This document shows, piece by piece, positions 25,568 through 40,841 of a stretch of DNA of 64,000 bases. Under the pieces are notes generated by a model. That model did not search any database. It was not told where the DNA came from and saw only the letters and a program-made list of their open reading frames with translations. The DNA is from Octopus sinensis. Its lineage: Eukaryota. The translations under genes were made by a program, and so were the position numbers. The number at the start of each line of letters is the position of its first letter. Position 1 is the first letter of the stretch. The stretch spans positions 22,754,001 to 22,818,000 of the forward strand of contig NC_043013.1 of assembly GCF_006345805.1 (NCBI RefSeq), in the 5' to 3' direction.

Positions 25568-25765
25568 AGGCGGCGGCGAACTGGCACACCGGACAAACTG
25601 CTAAGCGGCATTTCGTCCGTCTTTGCGTTCTGAGTTCAAATTCCGCCCAGGTCGACTTTGCTTTTCCTCCTTGCATGAGTGGTCGATAAAATAAGTACCA
25701 TTTGAGCATTGGTTCCGATGCAATCGATTTACCCCCGAAACTGCTGGCCTTGTGCCGATATTTAT
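25568..25765 (+). mobile_element. Nin/Deu-domain SINE
   Basis: ggcggcgaactggca...gagttcaaattccgcccaggtcgactttg; starts about 40 bp after the exon donor. Confidence 0.8.
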
Positions 25766-28700
25766 TTATGACATTCCTTTTTTTTTCAGCATTTGACAAG
25801 AGTTTTAAGTTCTGATCTGAAACTGTGTCGAGACTGCTGCCTTCATGTATCGGCAGCATTACTATCATTTACCCCATAATGTCATTATCATCATCATCGT
25901 CATCGTTTAACGTCCGTTTTCCATGCTAGCATGGGTTAGACGGTTCGACCGGGGTCTGGGAAGCCAGAAGGCTGCACCAAGCTCCAGTCTGATCTGGCAA
26001 AGTTTTTACAGCTGGATGCCCTTCCTAACGCCAACCACTCCGTGAGTGTAGTGGGTGCTTTTTACGTGCCACCGGCACAGGTGCCAGGTGCTTATTAATA
26101 TCCTTGCATGTCTACAACAGAAGTCATTGATACTCCCGCATACGAGTACACAGTCACAATCTAATCCCACCATGATTGATGTTAGCTGGATTTAGTTAAT
26201 GAAATATTTACCGTACTTGTGGCATTGATTTCTTTCTCGTGCACAAGCCTCAGATCTAGGGAATTCGTTTAGTAAATTACATCACTGCAATGGTGCTTTA
26301 CTTTTATCGACTCCGAAAGTGTGAAAAGCAAAAGGCTGAACTCAGAGCGTAAATACTAGCAATACGAACAAGTTATAAATAATTCTTAATAAAAAAAAAA
26401 ATTATACCAATGACTAACAAACCTCGACACGAACAACAACACCAATCACAGTCAACAACAAAAAAAAGTATTCAACGAGAAAAACATGGAGATTCGTGTG
26501 TTTGATATTTTAATGTCGACAGAAAGTGACAAAGAAAAGATGGAGACGGGATATAGACATCAGAATGTATAAGTGTTAGCTGTTTGATTTGATTGAGAAG
26601 AGATGACAGCCGCGCTGAAGCTATAAAAATAGACTATAAAAATTACATTTTTATGAAAAATATATTGAAATTAGAATTATCGAGATTTTGCTATTTATGT
26701 TAAACTGAAAGAACGATTACTGCAGTAAATGTATGTAGATATAGCTCAATGTTTAATTGCCCATTTCTGCATCACATATGTGCATACATATATTATTATG
26801 TAAAACAATTTTACTCAGCTCCATGCGACTTGAAGTTTCGCAAGCTTCTTACATAAACCTAGCTCCACCGGACTCAGATTACCGGTAATCCTTTCTAATA
26901 ATCGGCGATGACGTTGCGTACGTTAGGAGTTGAATTAATACGCGCAGATAAGCTAAACACTTAAAAGCAAATAGTCGGAGATGAAATTGATCGACTAAAT
27001 TTTGTATGTGTTGCTTCAACATACCAATGACTGACACCAGTGAAATAATACAAATATCGCCGAAGTTAGAGTTCTCTATAATAAGAATAGTCGAAATTAT
27101 GGAGTCGGCGTTGATTTTCTTTTAGAGTCTAGGACACCACCAACGTTTCATAGCCTTTTCATTTATTCTTCTTAAATCTTAAACCTTAAATCTTAGGAAA
27201 TTCGATATCACTTTTCTAAAGTCAATATGATTTGTCAGCCATTTATGAAAATTTCTGATCGCAAAACATGAGGAAATATGACCCGTCTACATCATATTAG
27301 TATGACAGGAAAATATTTTTGTAAAAGCGTGTAATTTGTAAAAACAAGTAATTTTAAATGTACGTACGTACATACATACATACATACATACATACATACA
27401 TACATACATACATACACACGCACACACACACACTCACATACATACATAAATACATACACACGCACACACACTCACATACATACATACATACATACATACA
27501 TACATCATACATACATACATACATACATACATACATACATACATACATACATACTTGAGAAATTAAGCTTCCCAAAACCAGAAAGGAGAAAGCTAATTCG
27601 AAGACTACAGATCCAATCCTTCACTGGAACTGTAAAATTCTGTAAAACTTTCCAGAAGTTTATCGTTTAAATATATATGAGCATGTCTAGATCTGCAACT
27701 ATATGCATGAGAATACATACATAAAGCAAAACATACGTACATACATACATACATACATACATATGTGTGCAATACCAGACAGTGGCTCTCATGGCTTCTG
27801 ATCTTAGCTGATTGGAAGTGTTAGCATGGAGATGTTTTGTTTCAGCGTAAAAAAAAATGAGCGACTGCAAATATTCTGCTAAATTCCACAGATTTGCTTG
27901 TCAGTTGCTTGACCTTAACCAGTTGAGCATGTCGTTCCTTGGTGGCTGACCAAAGGTACTTCGATTTTGTTGATTATCTAAAGAGATTAGCGATAACATG
28001 TGACGGACTGACAGAATTGGTAGCCGGGTAAACGTTGCCCTTCATCCTTTCGGAATCGGTAAAATAAGTACCAGTGATACACTGGTGTCGATGTAACCGA
28101 CTTACTCCAAGCTTATTGGTCTTGTGTCAAAATTTCAATCAATACTACTGATTGATGATGTCATGTCTTTATTGTGGTTTTTGTTGTTGTTGGTGGTGGT
28201 GGTGGTGGTCATTGCCCTGCCCAGATGATGGTAGTGATGTAGGTGTTGGTATGTTATTGTTGTTGCTGTTGATGTTAGTGGTGATGATGACAGTTGCGTG
28301 GTGATAATGATGGCAGCATTGCTGGTGTTTTTGATAATGGTAATTATCGAAATTACGGTGCTGGAGGTAGTGATAGTAATAATTATAGTGGTGTTGGTGA
28401 TTGTGGTGGTGGTGGTGGTGGTGGTGGTGACGCTAGAGGAGTTGCTGATAAATGGTCCTTTTGATAATAGTAATTATTAGTAATTAAGGGGATGATGATG
28501 GTGGATACCAAGAGACAGGTGAGGGGTTCGATAATGCTTCCTATAACAATAGTATTGATGGAAATGATGGCTAAAGAAGAGGTAAAGAGATGGACGATTT
28601 CCGTGCTGCGATGTGGCCACTGGTCACTGGTCACTGTGAGGTGTTGAAACTTCTGAATTCCATAAAACATTTGTAGACTGCAGGCATTTAATTCACTCTT

Positions 28701-28846
28701 TCTTTGAGGTACTGTTACTAGGTATACCAAGTTCTAACTTATACACACATACACGCACATATATGCGTAATATGTATTTGTATATATTTGTATATGTGTG
28801 TGTATATATGTATTTATATATAACTATATACATATATATATGTATC

Positions 28847-28918
<72 letters not shown>

Positions 28919-28939
28919 TATATATATATATATATATAG

Positions 28940-28986
<47 letters not shown>

Positions 28987-29438
28987 ATAATATATATATA
29001 CATAGATAGATAGACAGATAGACAGATAGATAGATAGATAGATAGATAGGCAAACAGACAGAGAGAGAGAGGGGGCGGGAGGGTTATGCAGACAGAAGCA
29101 GAAAGAAAGCAGACTTGAAAGCAGTATAGTACCGAGAAAGAAGATAAAAAGGAAAAGCTTGCCATAATGAAAGCGAAAGCGAGAGAAAATGGAAAGAGGA
29201 AGATTGAAAGTGACAAGTCTTGCAATGTTGAGCAAGAAGAGGTAGAACCGAAAATAGGAAGAGATTCAGCAAGGAGTGGCAGGAGCGGAAGAAAAATAAG
29301 AATACAAAAGAAAGAAGACGAAAAGAGGATACACTTTCACCGATACATAACGCACACCAACGCCTATATAAGTATATACCTATACGTTCAGAACATAGCA
29401 CCCACACGCACACGAACACATACACACACACGCACACG

Positions 29439-29470
<32 letters not shown>

Positions 29471-29879
29471 ACACACACACACACACACACATACTCATGT
29501 GCATATAGATTAGATTAAAGGGGGTCTCTCTTTAATAGATTCAGGCATATCAAAGTGAAGCACACCCCGTACCTGTTGGCTGAATTGTGTGACACAAATT
29601 AACAGATAAACCATTCCTTTAGCGAAAGGGGCATCAATTCACTGATGTTTCGTAATCCGCAAATCCAAAATTGAGTTGAACTTTAAGCGTGGCGTAATAT
29701 CGTAATAAAAATGGACGAATGGATTCTATGGAGTCACTAAAATGTTTGATTCAGCGGTTTCATTGAATCACTTAACTGAGAGATTCACTATTATCCATTG
29801 CATAATATTATAAATGGCCCACTTCCGACATTCCTTCATCTATGATATTATGGCGCAATAAAATTTCTTAATGAAACAT

Positions 29880-30445
29880 TGAAGCGAGATTCTCACCCCA
29901 CAATGTCAAATGAAAAGCAGAACTTGAGGCAATTCAGCAGTGATTCACCAGGAAAATTGCATTAATGGAACCGCTGAATTAGTGAGAGACTGAAAGAATT
30001 ACGACACCACTCCCTGGTGCGAAGGTGGAAGAGATATGCAGTTCTATACATATGGAAGATCCTAGAGGGTTTGGCACTAAACTTCGGCATCGGAAGTTAA
30101 AATCAGCCCCTGAACTGAACGCCACTGCACTGTTACAAAGGTCCCACCAATGCTGTCTAGATTGGGGACAATGTACTGCAATAGCTTGAGATTCAAAGGC
30201 CCAAAGTCATTTAACAATTTGCTAAAGCATCTGAGAGATCTCTGTGGTGTCGGGTTAGACTTTTTCGAGAAGCAGCTTGACCTCCTGCAATCCAAGACAC
30301 GAGATGAACGTACATCATGCCAAGAAACTCAAAAGAGGACAGCAACATCGAATTCCCTCCTTCACCAAAAGCCGTTCATAAGAGACTGGCCATTGAAAAA
30401 GTGATAATACTGGAGTTGCTTCAACATGACCAAGGCCTCTGAACA
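29880..30445 (+). mobile_element. CR1/L2-group LINE 3' remnant
   Basis: SPH..K...LEAIQQ*FTRKI...ERLKELRHHSLVRRWKRYAVLYIWKILEGL...YCNSLRFKGPKSFNNLLKHLRDL..V.LDFFEKQLD...SNSLLHQ is a characteristic ORF2 C-terminus. Confidence 0.85.
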
Positions 30446-30647
30446 AAAAGTAGAAGAGCGCTATTTTCCCAAATATTTTATAATGTAATTCTACTCAACA
30501 GCTGTTTCATAGATACAAAGTATCATATATAATTACGTAATTACGATACGTAATCATTTAATAAATTTAAAAGTGGATGAGTTACCCAAATCGTTGTAAA
30601 TGCATGCGTGTATATATAACTAGGCCGTTGACGATACCTTCATTCGT

Positions 30648-30846
30648 CAGTTCTATATTTAAGAGATGAGGAATTATGTACATTATTTACATTATTTACA
30701 TTCGACGAATGGATATTTGTCCTCAACTTGTTTATTGTTAACACAACGTTTCGGCTGATATACCCTCCAGCCTTCTTTACGTATCTTGGGGAACTTTCGA
30801 ACCTGGGTTCTCATTCCTAAGGTATTTTTCGATGTTATTGTTATTA

Positions 30847-30909
<63 letters not shown>

Positions 30910-30997
30910 TATTGTTCAGGTCACTGCTTGGAATGGAACTCGGAATCTTAGGGTTAGTAGCCCGCGCTCTTAACCACTACATCATATGCCCGCGGGC

Positions 30998-30998
<1 letters not shown>
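30648..30998 (-). mobile_element. tRNA-headed SINE with internal (AAT)n and PLE-type hammerhead tail (copy A)
   Basis: A/B boxes near 30940-30985; hammerhead region 30740-30787 has intact stem II and GAAACGUU but a mutated CUGAUGA; homologous to 59805-60136. Confidence 0.8.
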
Positions 30999-31088
<90 letters not shown>

Positions 31089-31122
31089 TAACAATAATAA
31101 TAATAATAACAATAACAATAAC

Positions 31123-31159
<37 letters not shown>

Positions 31160-31190
31160 TAATAATAATAATGATGATAATAATAACAAA
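30999..31190. repeat. (AAT)n microsatellite
   Basis: Direct inspection. Confidence 0.95.
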
Positions 31191-32100
31191 AGCGTTATCC
31201 TTGACAGATGCTTAACTAACTTCCCATTACAGATGAACTAGTACGCACCTCATTTCCATAATGGTATCATAGAAACTTGTCTTTTCAAGTGACACTAGAC
31301 ATTCAATATAGTTTGAAAAAGTCGAGGGTGAAAGAAACATGGAGCGCAAGCAGTATGACAGCGAAGTTAATAAAGGAAGTCACTTGTATAGAACAGGGAA
31401 ATGTAGACATATATGATAATTAATGTCTTCAAAGAATATTGGGTGTTCCTGGATTTTTGATGATTTGTAAGAATTAGAAAGCTCAAGTATGAACTCATTA
31501 ATTTGGTAATTCTTTACTGAAGGAAATTATTTTTCATTTCTGTTATTCTGAATTTAATACGATTTTATTCGGCAGCTGGTGATGAAATTTTATTCGTTTC
31601 TGAAGTCGTACAAATTGTTTGCCATAGATTTTAAATATTTCGCGTTGTTGATCATTTTTGTTGTTGCAAACACACACACACACGTACATACATTAAGTAT
31701 ATATTTACAAATACCGACAGTATTTATCTTTATCCCCATCTGCCTGTCTGTCTTCCTACGCACACACCTATAACGTTAGCAACCATTCGCTGGCTGTCAA
31801 ACAAAAGGACTAGATTAAGGAAATTACTACAGAACGATTAAAGGAGGCGCATACAGCTGCAAGCAATTTACTGCATACCGAACAGCAGCACGACACACAG
31901 ACATGCACCCAATTATTGGTGTATGAATATGTTTATATACACATATATTTATCTATATCATGTGTATAAATATATCTATATACGTATGTGTGTGTGTGTA
32001 AGTATGTTTATATTTACATGATCCATATTTATACGCACACACACATATTTGTACGAATTTGCATGTCTATCATCCATCTCTCTCTCTCTTTATCTATCTA

Positions 32101-32175
<75 letters not shown>

Positions 32176-32956
32176 ATATATATATATATATATTATATAT
32201 ATATATATACATACATATATATGTATATATATGTATGGGGGTGCTTGTGTGTGTGTAGATATATGCGTGGATAGGATATATTCTAGCGACAGCTTCCAAT
32301 ATCGTGTGGGTTTATTGGCATCTATCTTTTGCTTAAATTACTTCAGAAAGATGCTGATAGTGTTTCGTTGGTTGTGGAATATTGATTTACTTAAAATTCG
32401 TTGTATCTTAGCCACCCAGGAAATGGTTGAGCATCCATAAGTGCACATAAAACAAAAATTGAATTTACTCATGTATTTCTCATCGCATTCTGAGAATACA
32501 TGCTGTTTATTCAAAATTCTTTACTAATTTACATAATTAACTTTAAATCAATTATTTTTCTAATCAATATAGCTTCGCAATGACTATTGCGGTGCTTCGG
32601 GTATAAAATATTCTTAGCTTTTCTACGAATATAGAAAGTATCAGAAAATGTAACATATGTGACACAATGTGACCCCTTTTCAAAATGTCAGCTATCAAGT
32701 TGCAAAACGTGTTTCGAGATCCAATGTTCCAGCACACACACAGCTGTAATAATGAAGTCAAATCTAATAGTAACATTTCGAAGTCACTTACGACGTCCAT
32801 TTCAGGTTTGTGCAAATACATTTAATAGCAACATACATGCATCTGTTACCCGAACATAAAACGTGTGTAACTAAATGATTTCAGAATATCCCGTTTGAAC
32901 TGACTTCATTATTATAACAATATATATACATACATACATACATACATACATACATA

Positions 32957-33000
<44 letters not shown>

Positions 33001-33904
33001 ATATGCATATGTGTATATATAGGTATGTATATGTATTTATATATATATATGTATATATATATATATGTATATATATATATGTATATATATATGTATATAT
33101 ATATATATATGTATGTATATGTGCGTATATATATATATCAGTATCTGTATATATATATATATATATAATATATATATATATATATGATATAGATATATAT
33201 ATATATACATATATACATATATACATACATACACAGATACATACATTATATGTATGTATTCAGTAGCGATAACTGTAAAGATGCTTAATAGCCTGGATAA
33301 GATGATAATAACACAGCGCTCTGTTATATACGGTGTGATTATAGTTTCCTGTTTCTATTGATTTGTATGTCACACTTGTTATATTTTCTGCTTTTAAACG
33401 TGTTTATCAGCAAATGATTTTGTAACAGAGAATTATTGTTCGACCAACAAAAAATAATTTAAGCTCATAAGCAAGATGTAGACTCTCTTTTACAAGTGTG
33501 TCCATTAGTTATAAATTATTTTCTTTCGTGATAAAAAAAAAGTAGAACGATGCCATCCGATAAATACAGAAAATTATTGAATTTGGAGCAGAGAGAAGTA
33601 TATACTGGGAATGAGAAGAATGTCTTCAAGCTTTCAAGAATGTATTCCAATATTCAGTCCAATGTTTGGAACTAATAAAGGAAAGGAGTAAAAAAAATAT
33701 TGAAATCTGAATTCTTGTAAACTTCGAACAGCTAAATTTTAAATGTTCAGATTGTAATATAATGATGCTCGTCTATGCATTACTTCAAACACAAGTGCGG
33801 CGAACAAAATTTGCTTAGGGGATGCAAACACAAATCAAAAATGTTTTACAAACAAGGTCGTTTTTTTGAGTCTTAATATCAAAACAAACACGGGTATAAT
33901 AATA

Positions 33905-33979
33905 ACAAGAATTATTATTATTATTATTATTATTTTATTATTATTATTATTATTATAATTATTATTATTATTATTATTA

Positions 33980-34033
<54 letters not shown>

Positions 34034-34060
34034 CCTCATCATCATCATCATTATCATTAT
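33905..34060. repeat. (ATT)n/(CAT)n microsatellite
   Basis: Direct inspection. Confidence 0.95.
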
Positions 34061-35755
34061 ATTTGCCCATCAATGAAAAACCAGATAAATCCAATAATGG
34101 AAAATTAATGCTTCAAACCAATGCAAAAATAGTTCGTTCATTTCTTACAGTAAGATGTTCAAAGCATTTTCATTGAATCCGCCCCCCCCCACACACAAAA
34201 CTTTAGGGGTTGCGCTTGCATTCACTGCATGCCCCTGACCTCGAACCTATGGCTCCAAATTGATTTCATAATGACATTAGAATGATTCTGATTCATTCTG
34301 AATCGAGTATTAAAAAGTAAATCGCAATTTTACCGATATTCGAAGACATACAGCATTATAACAAATCACTTAAGCATTTATATGACTTTATTAAAATAAA
34401 TTTAAATAAATTTATATTACTTTAGTAATATCTTATTACTGCAACGCCATATTGTTTTTTGATCATTATCAAATAAAAAAAAAAAAGAAAAGAAAACTAT
34501 AAGCAGAGTTCGAAACTGTATTCATTTGCAACCGTGTGTCATTGATGGAAACGCGTTCAAAACAATCAAAATGAAGTTTGTCATAACAAAAGCGTATACT
34601 GAAAGACCTGCGCCAATAAGCGCGCCATCCATGATCCACGCATTAAATGTTGAAGGATAAACCCAGTAGGGATTTTGAAAAAATCAGTTATTACCAGTGG
34701 ATTAAGAGAATGTGTGTAAAACCAAACAGCTTAGAAAATTCTGTAAAATCAAACACTTAGAAGGAAGGAAATTAGCTCAGTCATATCTTAAATTAATTAA
34801 AAAGGAAAGACTAATTGAGTAATTCATGGGCGTATACACAGCACGGAGAAATTAGTTCATAGATTTGAAAAAAAAAAAAATCAATGTGAAAATTTGAAAA
34901 AAGAATAAGAAAAGTATTCCCCTGTAAAACCATAAATTATGGTTAGCAAAAGGAATCTTTGTCCCAAATTGGAACCTGCAAGTTGAATTACTGACAAATT
35001 AAATAAGAAAAAAATAACGAGGGGTGAAGGTTCACCACGTTATGCATTCGTCGAAGAATCTAATAACGTTCGTAATGTTTCAAATTTTGACACAAAGCCA
35101 GCAATTTGAGGGAAAGTGATGAGTTGATAGACGGCTCAACTGGTATTCATTTTCATCAACCACTTAAAGGATAAAAAAAATGAAGTCAACCAAGGCGGAA
35201 CTGAAACACAGAATATGAAGTCAGAAAAATGCCGCTAAGCATTTTATCGGCGCACTAACAATTCTGCCAGCTTGCCGCCTTGTTGCTGTTTGTAATATTA
35301 AGCAATTATATTAAACCATTGAAAGTATTTTGATTATTCAACACAGAAATATTGATGCAATTAGATGTTTGATACATAGAAATAAATTAGATTAATTAAA
35401 TCAGAAGATTTACTCTAATAGGCGTTGTTCTGAGAAACATTGCAAACCATGAAGTATATAAGATTAGTGACATAACTGATACCTGATGGTGGTGAGAATG
35501 TGTCAAGCTTGGTCGACGTTTAGAGCTGAATTTGAACGCAACAGGGTAAAATAGTTTGTTTACGTATTTGGTTTGCATGACTCTTGATGTGAATTCGTGT
35601 GTTGAAACACATCTTGTTGGCTAGGGAGGGTCATTATGCTAATAAAAATTTAAATAAACACACGCACTGATTCAATACCACTTCTTTATTTTACTAATTA
35701 TCCAATGGTTTGTTCAATGTGTTGATTAAACAACCAATCAATCATTAACTTCTTC

Positions 35756-35798
35756 TGTCAGAGCCTTTTCGTCGCTATGTGAGACCTCATCAATGACA
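35756..35798 (-). ncRNA. Minimal type-I hammerhead-like motif (PLE pLTR type)
   Basis: rc: tgtca-ttgatga-g-gtc-tcacatagc-gac-gaaa-aggc-tc-tgaca; perfect 5-bp stem I, 3-bp stem II, CUC-type site, C3-to-U change. Confidence 0.55.
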
Positions 35799-36803
35799 TG
35801 TCCTCACTCTTCAAGGAAAATCGTGAATTATAGTTTTCTCTCCTTAAAGCATCCAGATGTATCACTTGTCTTCAGTTGGGAAGAATGAACTTCGAATGTG
35901 AAATGCTTAACATAGCTTAATACCATTTGGGAGATACGAACTTTCGACACGATGGCAGGCAGCCGACATCATAACCCCACCGCCGGACCAATCCCAGTGC
36001 TTATACCATCAATTGATAATATAAGCATTCATTTCGACTTCTTACAAAGACTCTACATTCTATTGAAAGATGCAAGAGAAAAACCATTTCTTGAATCTCT
36101 TCCAAAGACATTAAGAGTCCAAATGCATCGCCATGTCAGTTTGCTGGAACTTGCTTCTGAAATAAAATTATATAAAAAAAAAACAAAAACAAATACTAAC
36201 CTCCTCCACCACCCACCCCCGATCCTCAACTAAGTTCGAAGCTAATATTTTTTCTCATTACTCGAAAATGACTACAAAAATATATTCTACAACCGATCCC
36301 TCCCCCCTCCCCCATTCCATATATCATATCAAGAATATTTTTAGCATGTGAGGTTTCAATAAATCTCACGAAAGACAAGGAAAAAAAAAGCAAATCTCAT
36401 TTCATGTGTAAAAGATATTACAAATATTGATTTATTTTCTCCGAGTGCAACAGTTTAAAAATATTTGCTTCTATTTACATTTGTTTACCATGTTGTTGTT
36501 GTTTTTTTTTGTATGATCATGATGTTTGATAGTGTTTACATCAAGTGATTGTTTGTTTTGTTTGGGAGTTTATCATCGGCATCGACAGTAGTATCATCAT
36601 TATCGTCATCATCATCATCGACATTATTATCATCATCATCATCTTCATCACCGTATTCACTTCCATCGCCATCACATCCACCATCACAACTGCTGCCAAT
36701 ATTATTATTCTCAACGTTACCATTATTTTTTTTTCTTCATTGTGAAAGGAAATCATAATTTTTGTTTATATCCTCCATGACTACCATCACTATTGCTATT
36801 ATT

Positions 36804-36852
<49 letters not shown>

Positions 36853-37064
36853 CCAACAGCAGCAGCATTAGCGTCTCTATTCAAATGCTTATATATTTTC
36901 CCTCCATCTATTTTTACATGTTTATGATAGACTGATGCTGTAGACGTCACGTCAGTCCTCATTGAAACGATCAAAGCATCACATGTAATGGCTACCACAT
37001 GTAATGTTTAAATTATAATAAGGATTTAGCAAGGACTATATTATTTTTAAAACGCCCATATAAC

Positions 37065-37286
37065 TGTTTCTTTATTGCCCACGAGGGGCTAAACATAGAG
37101 GGGACAAACAAGGACAGACAAACGGATCAAGTCGATTACATCGACCCCAGTGCGTAACTGGTACTTAATTTATCGACCTCGAAAGGATGAAAGGCAAAGT
37201 CGACCTCGGCGATTTGAACTCAGAACGCAACGACAGACGCAATACCGCTAAGCATTTCGTCCGGTGTGCTAACGTTTCTGCCAGCT
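37065..37286 (-). mobile_element. Full-length Nin/Deu-domain SINE with 10-bp TSD
   Basis: cccatataac at 37055-37064 and 37287-37296. Related copies at about 35100-35280 (-), 51090-51290 (-) and 61330-61500 (-). Confidence 0.9.
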
Positions 37287-37599
37287 CCCATATAACACTC
37301 AATGTCGCATGGATATTTTTGTTATCGTAGCGACATTAGTTCTTTTATGGCTAGGTCCACCTGGTCACTTAGCAGGAGAGACATCAGCTCTTTATATTGG
37401 ATTCTTCATGTGACCGGGAGACAAGATGTTGACGCCCATTAGTCATCGTTCTGTCGGATGTGCTACTTCAGCGATAACAGTTCCAAGAAAATTTGATAGA
37501 TTTCAAATAACATGAATTTGCTTGACCGGTAGTAGAAGAGTGGTAGTAGAATGCAATATCCATTGGCAGCAAGGACTAGGTGTGAGCCCGCCATGTCCT

Positions 37600-38070
37600 T
37601 GGTGGTAAATCCAGGTTATCAGTGGTGGTCAATGGTTTGAAGTTCAATAACTGAGCGCACTTCCATTTGTAACAATATGATAGGTAGGCTTTCTTATTAA
37701 CGGACACTGCACGTTGGTGTAGAAGGTACCGTTTCTCACGGACATAGTGTTGACAACTGGGAGATCCATATGAGTGAGGGTTTCTGTCAAAGAAGACCCA
37801 TGGGTGTAGGTTGAGGAAATCGTTTCGATGTCCCCGAAGTTTCCAGCTGAAGTGGTCAACAGAGAAGTTGTCTTTGTCTCTGCCCCTGAATGAGTACGCG
37901 TGTGTCTTTCCTTAAATGTATTGGCTGTCATGCCTGTGTAGTGTTTGTGCTGCCAACGGATGGTAGGACAGTGGTTCAATAAGCCATATCTTTTGAGTGG
38001 CAGGATCTTTCCAATGCGCAGTTAGCGATATTTCTGAAGTTACGGGTTGATGTGTGGGGTGAAGACCGTG
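37600..38070 (-). mobile_element. Penelope-like (Poseidon-type) GIY-YIG endonuclease remnant
   Basis: Frameshifted RNFRNIANCALERSCHSKDMAY..TV...KHYTGMTANTFKER...W...HYVREKRYL...VNKK..LSYC matches the PLE GIY-YIG domain. Confidence 0.8.
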
Positions 38071-40438
38071 TGGCTGTGTGTTTGAGTCGCTTGTAGCGAG
38101 CGATGTTCGAAGATGTATGTGTGTATATGCATACATACATGTGTGTGTGTGTGTGGTGTGTGTGTGTGTGTTTATGAAGTAATTGGATGATTGTTGACTC
38201 CTGAGTTCATCCGTCTTTTGCCGGTGATTGTTTTCCATCCTGCAGGGTGTTCCAAAACCACCCTACTCGCCAAGCAGGCTTAGTGGTGTTGCTAGTTTAA
38301 TTGCCGACGGCCCGACAATTGCAACAGCTTGTACTGGGTTACATGTTACCAGAACGTCCTCATATGCACTCTTTCTTTCTCTCTCTCTCTCTCTCTTTTT
38401 CTTTCTCTCTCTCTTTCTCTTTCTCTCTTTCTTTCTCTCTCTCATGTCGAGAATGATGTAGGTAATGTAGCGGGTTGTAAAACTGCGATTCCCTGAAATC
38501 ATTCTTGCAATTAGAATACAAAACACCCTCAGAAGATATTTCAAAACTGGGAAAAGAAAAAAAACTACATGTTGTACCAATAACAACAAAGAATCGAAAT
38601 GCTTAGAAACTAAAATCAATTCAACTAGGAGTGGATCTTGTCTTTTAAAACGAAAACTTGAAAGCAGCCGACTTGCCTACATCTATTGATACCTAAAATA
38701 AATACAATCACATGAATTTACTATCGTTAGGGTAAATTAATTAAAAAAAAAACAAATGTTTATCATTTTCATTTGATCCAAGAATGGTGATTCACTCGAA
38801 ATTTACGCTTCCTGGCATTCCAGAATGGGTTCAAGTCGAACCTCGTAAAATGTATATAAGACTATAAATGACTAAGAACAGAAATGATTATAGTAGACAA
38901 CTGACTAATGAATATGAAAGATCAATGACATAAACGATTGTAGGATCCGACGTGAAAATTTATTTTCACTTATTTTCTTCATTTTCTGCGAAAAACAACT
39001 GTTTCAAAATGTTGCACAAATTTAAGTCAATCCACCAGATTTATTATTTTTCCTTAATCAGTAAATTTCTCCATTGTTGTTCGTAGTGCTTTAGCGTACA
39101 CAATTGTCTTAGCTTTTCTATGGGCATTGCACGTATGAGAAAACCTAACATGGTGTATGACCTTTATGTTGAAAAGATGGATCTGTATGCGAACTATCAG
39201 CGAGCTGCCAGCCAAACCCACGCCCAACGACTAGGGACACGCTTTGATACATTTTATATAGTGAGATACACACATACGAGACTCGGCTGAAACGTTCATA
39301 GGTTGACCAAGATACTTTCATCGAATGTGGCCAAACGAGGCTTATTTTGCAACATAATACCCCACCTCTTGCGATCCACACGCTTCTTTTATCGGTGTTG
39401 CAGAGCTTGGATCCCATCAGAGAAGAAGCTTTCATCTTGTTCGTCAAAAAAAAGTCATCAGCAGCGGATATGAGAAACAAAAACTGAAGATAGACATTCA
39501 AGTCTAATCCTAAACATATATATATATTTACAGAACAGATTTACATAGAGAACAAAAGATACAGAGAGGACGTGGTCTTTCAGGGGAAAGGGTATCGTAT
39601 TTCAGGTCCTACAGTCGTTTCTGGGGGCTCAGAATTACGTGATAGTTGCATTGTTGGCAAATGTAATGTGCAGAAAGTCAAGAATATACAACCAGTAGCG
39701 TGGACATATAAGTATAACCGTAAATCTAGCCTCTGTTTTCAGGATGGAGAAATTGGCAGCTAACCAATCTCTCCGGTGGTTTTAATTTTCATCCTTCCAG
39801 GATTGGCTTAGCCATGTATTGGCATCGATTACTTAAAAGTTTTATTTTTTCTTTCTCTCTCCTCCGTCAACAAATTTTACGTTCTTTCCACTTTATAAAT
39901 CAACTTTAAAAATAACCAACGATGCTTCATTTGCACAGATAACCGGTTGATTAATGTCGTCGTATGTTTTCCCCTCTTTTCTCTTTAATATACATATTAT
40001 ATACTATGTGCAGTTTGTGCATAATTTCCACAAAATTAAATCGTAATTTTGCTTCGTTCATTGCACGACCGATTCATATATGCCAAGTAAATTCGGTTGA
40101 ATTACTATACACTGAATATGGCAATTTCAATATCCATTCCAAGTATTTCTAGATTCCATCTATACACACTTATTTCTATGCACACGCTATACAAACATCA
40201 AACATACACGAGTACTCGTCCGTGCTCGTAACAATCGGTGTCTCTTTCTGATTTTCGCTCCGTCTACCTGTGCATGTCTTCTATCTTTCTAGAGTATCAT
40301 GAAATCATAAGCACAAGTTTTTCTGTTGTGTAAAGTTCTCTTGAAAATATTCTGCGTGAGCATTAAGCATGCACAGACATTATGTGTGCGTGCGTGTGTG
40401 TGTGTTGTGTGCGTGTGTGTGTGTGCGTGTGTGTGTGT

Positions 40439-40479
<41 letters not shown>

Positions 40480-40802
40480 TGTGTGTGTGTGTTTAGTAGC
40501 ATCTGTGTAATAACTTCATAACGTGCCATTCAAAGCTCCTTTGCGGTTATCGGCTACCTTGTGCTATTATACTGTGCAATTTTACTGGAAAGGTGTATGA
40601 AACGATGAAAAGCTGAACTTGATCCAGAAGTGTCATCAAAGCTACTCACCTGATGATGCGCCAGCACAGTTGTTAGATCACATTTATGTGACTATTTATA
40701 AATTGATTTGTGTATGATATCGTGGACTCAGTAATTAATAGCTGTTACCACTGAACAGGAACAATTCTTGTGATTTGTAATTAAAGCCTGTTTATCTCAT
40801 TT

Positions 40803-40841
<39 letters not shown>

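Noticed and set aside
39609-39763. GPTVVSGGSELRDSC...LCFQDG as continuation after GWGCTKYG
   Set aside because: Weak acceptor, no fitting donor and no convincing S1 motif alignment.
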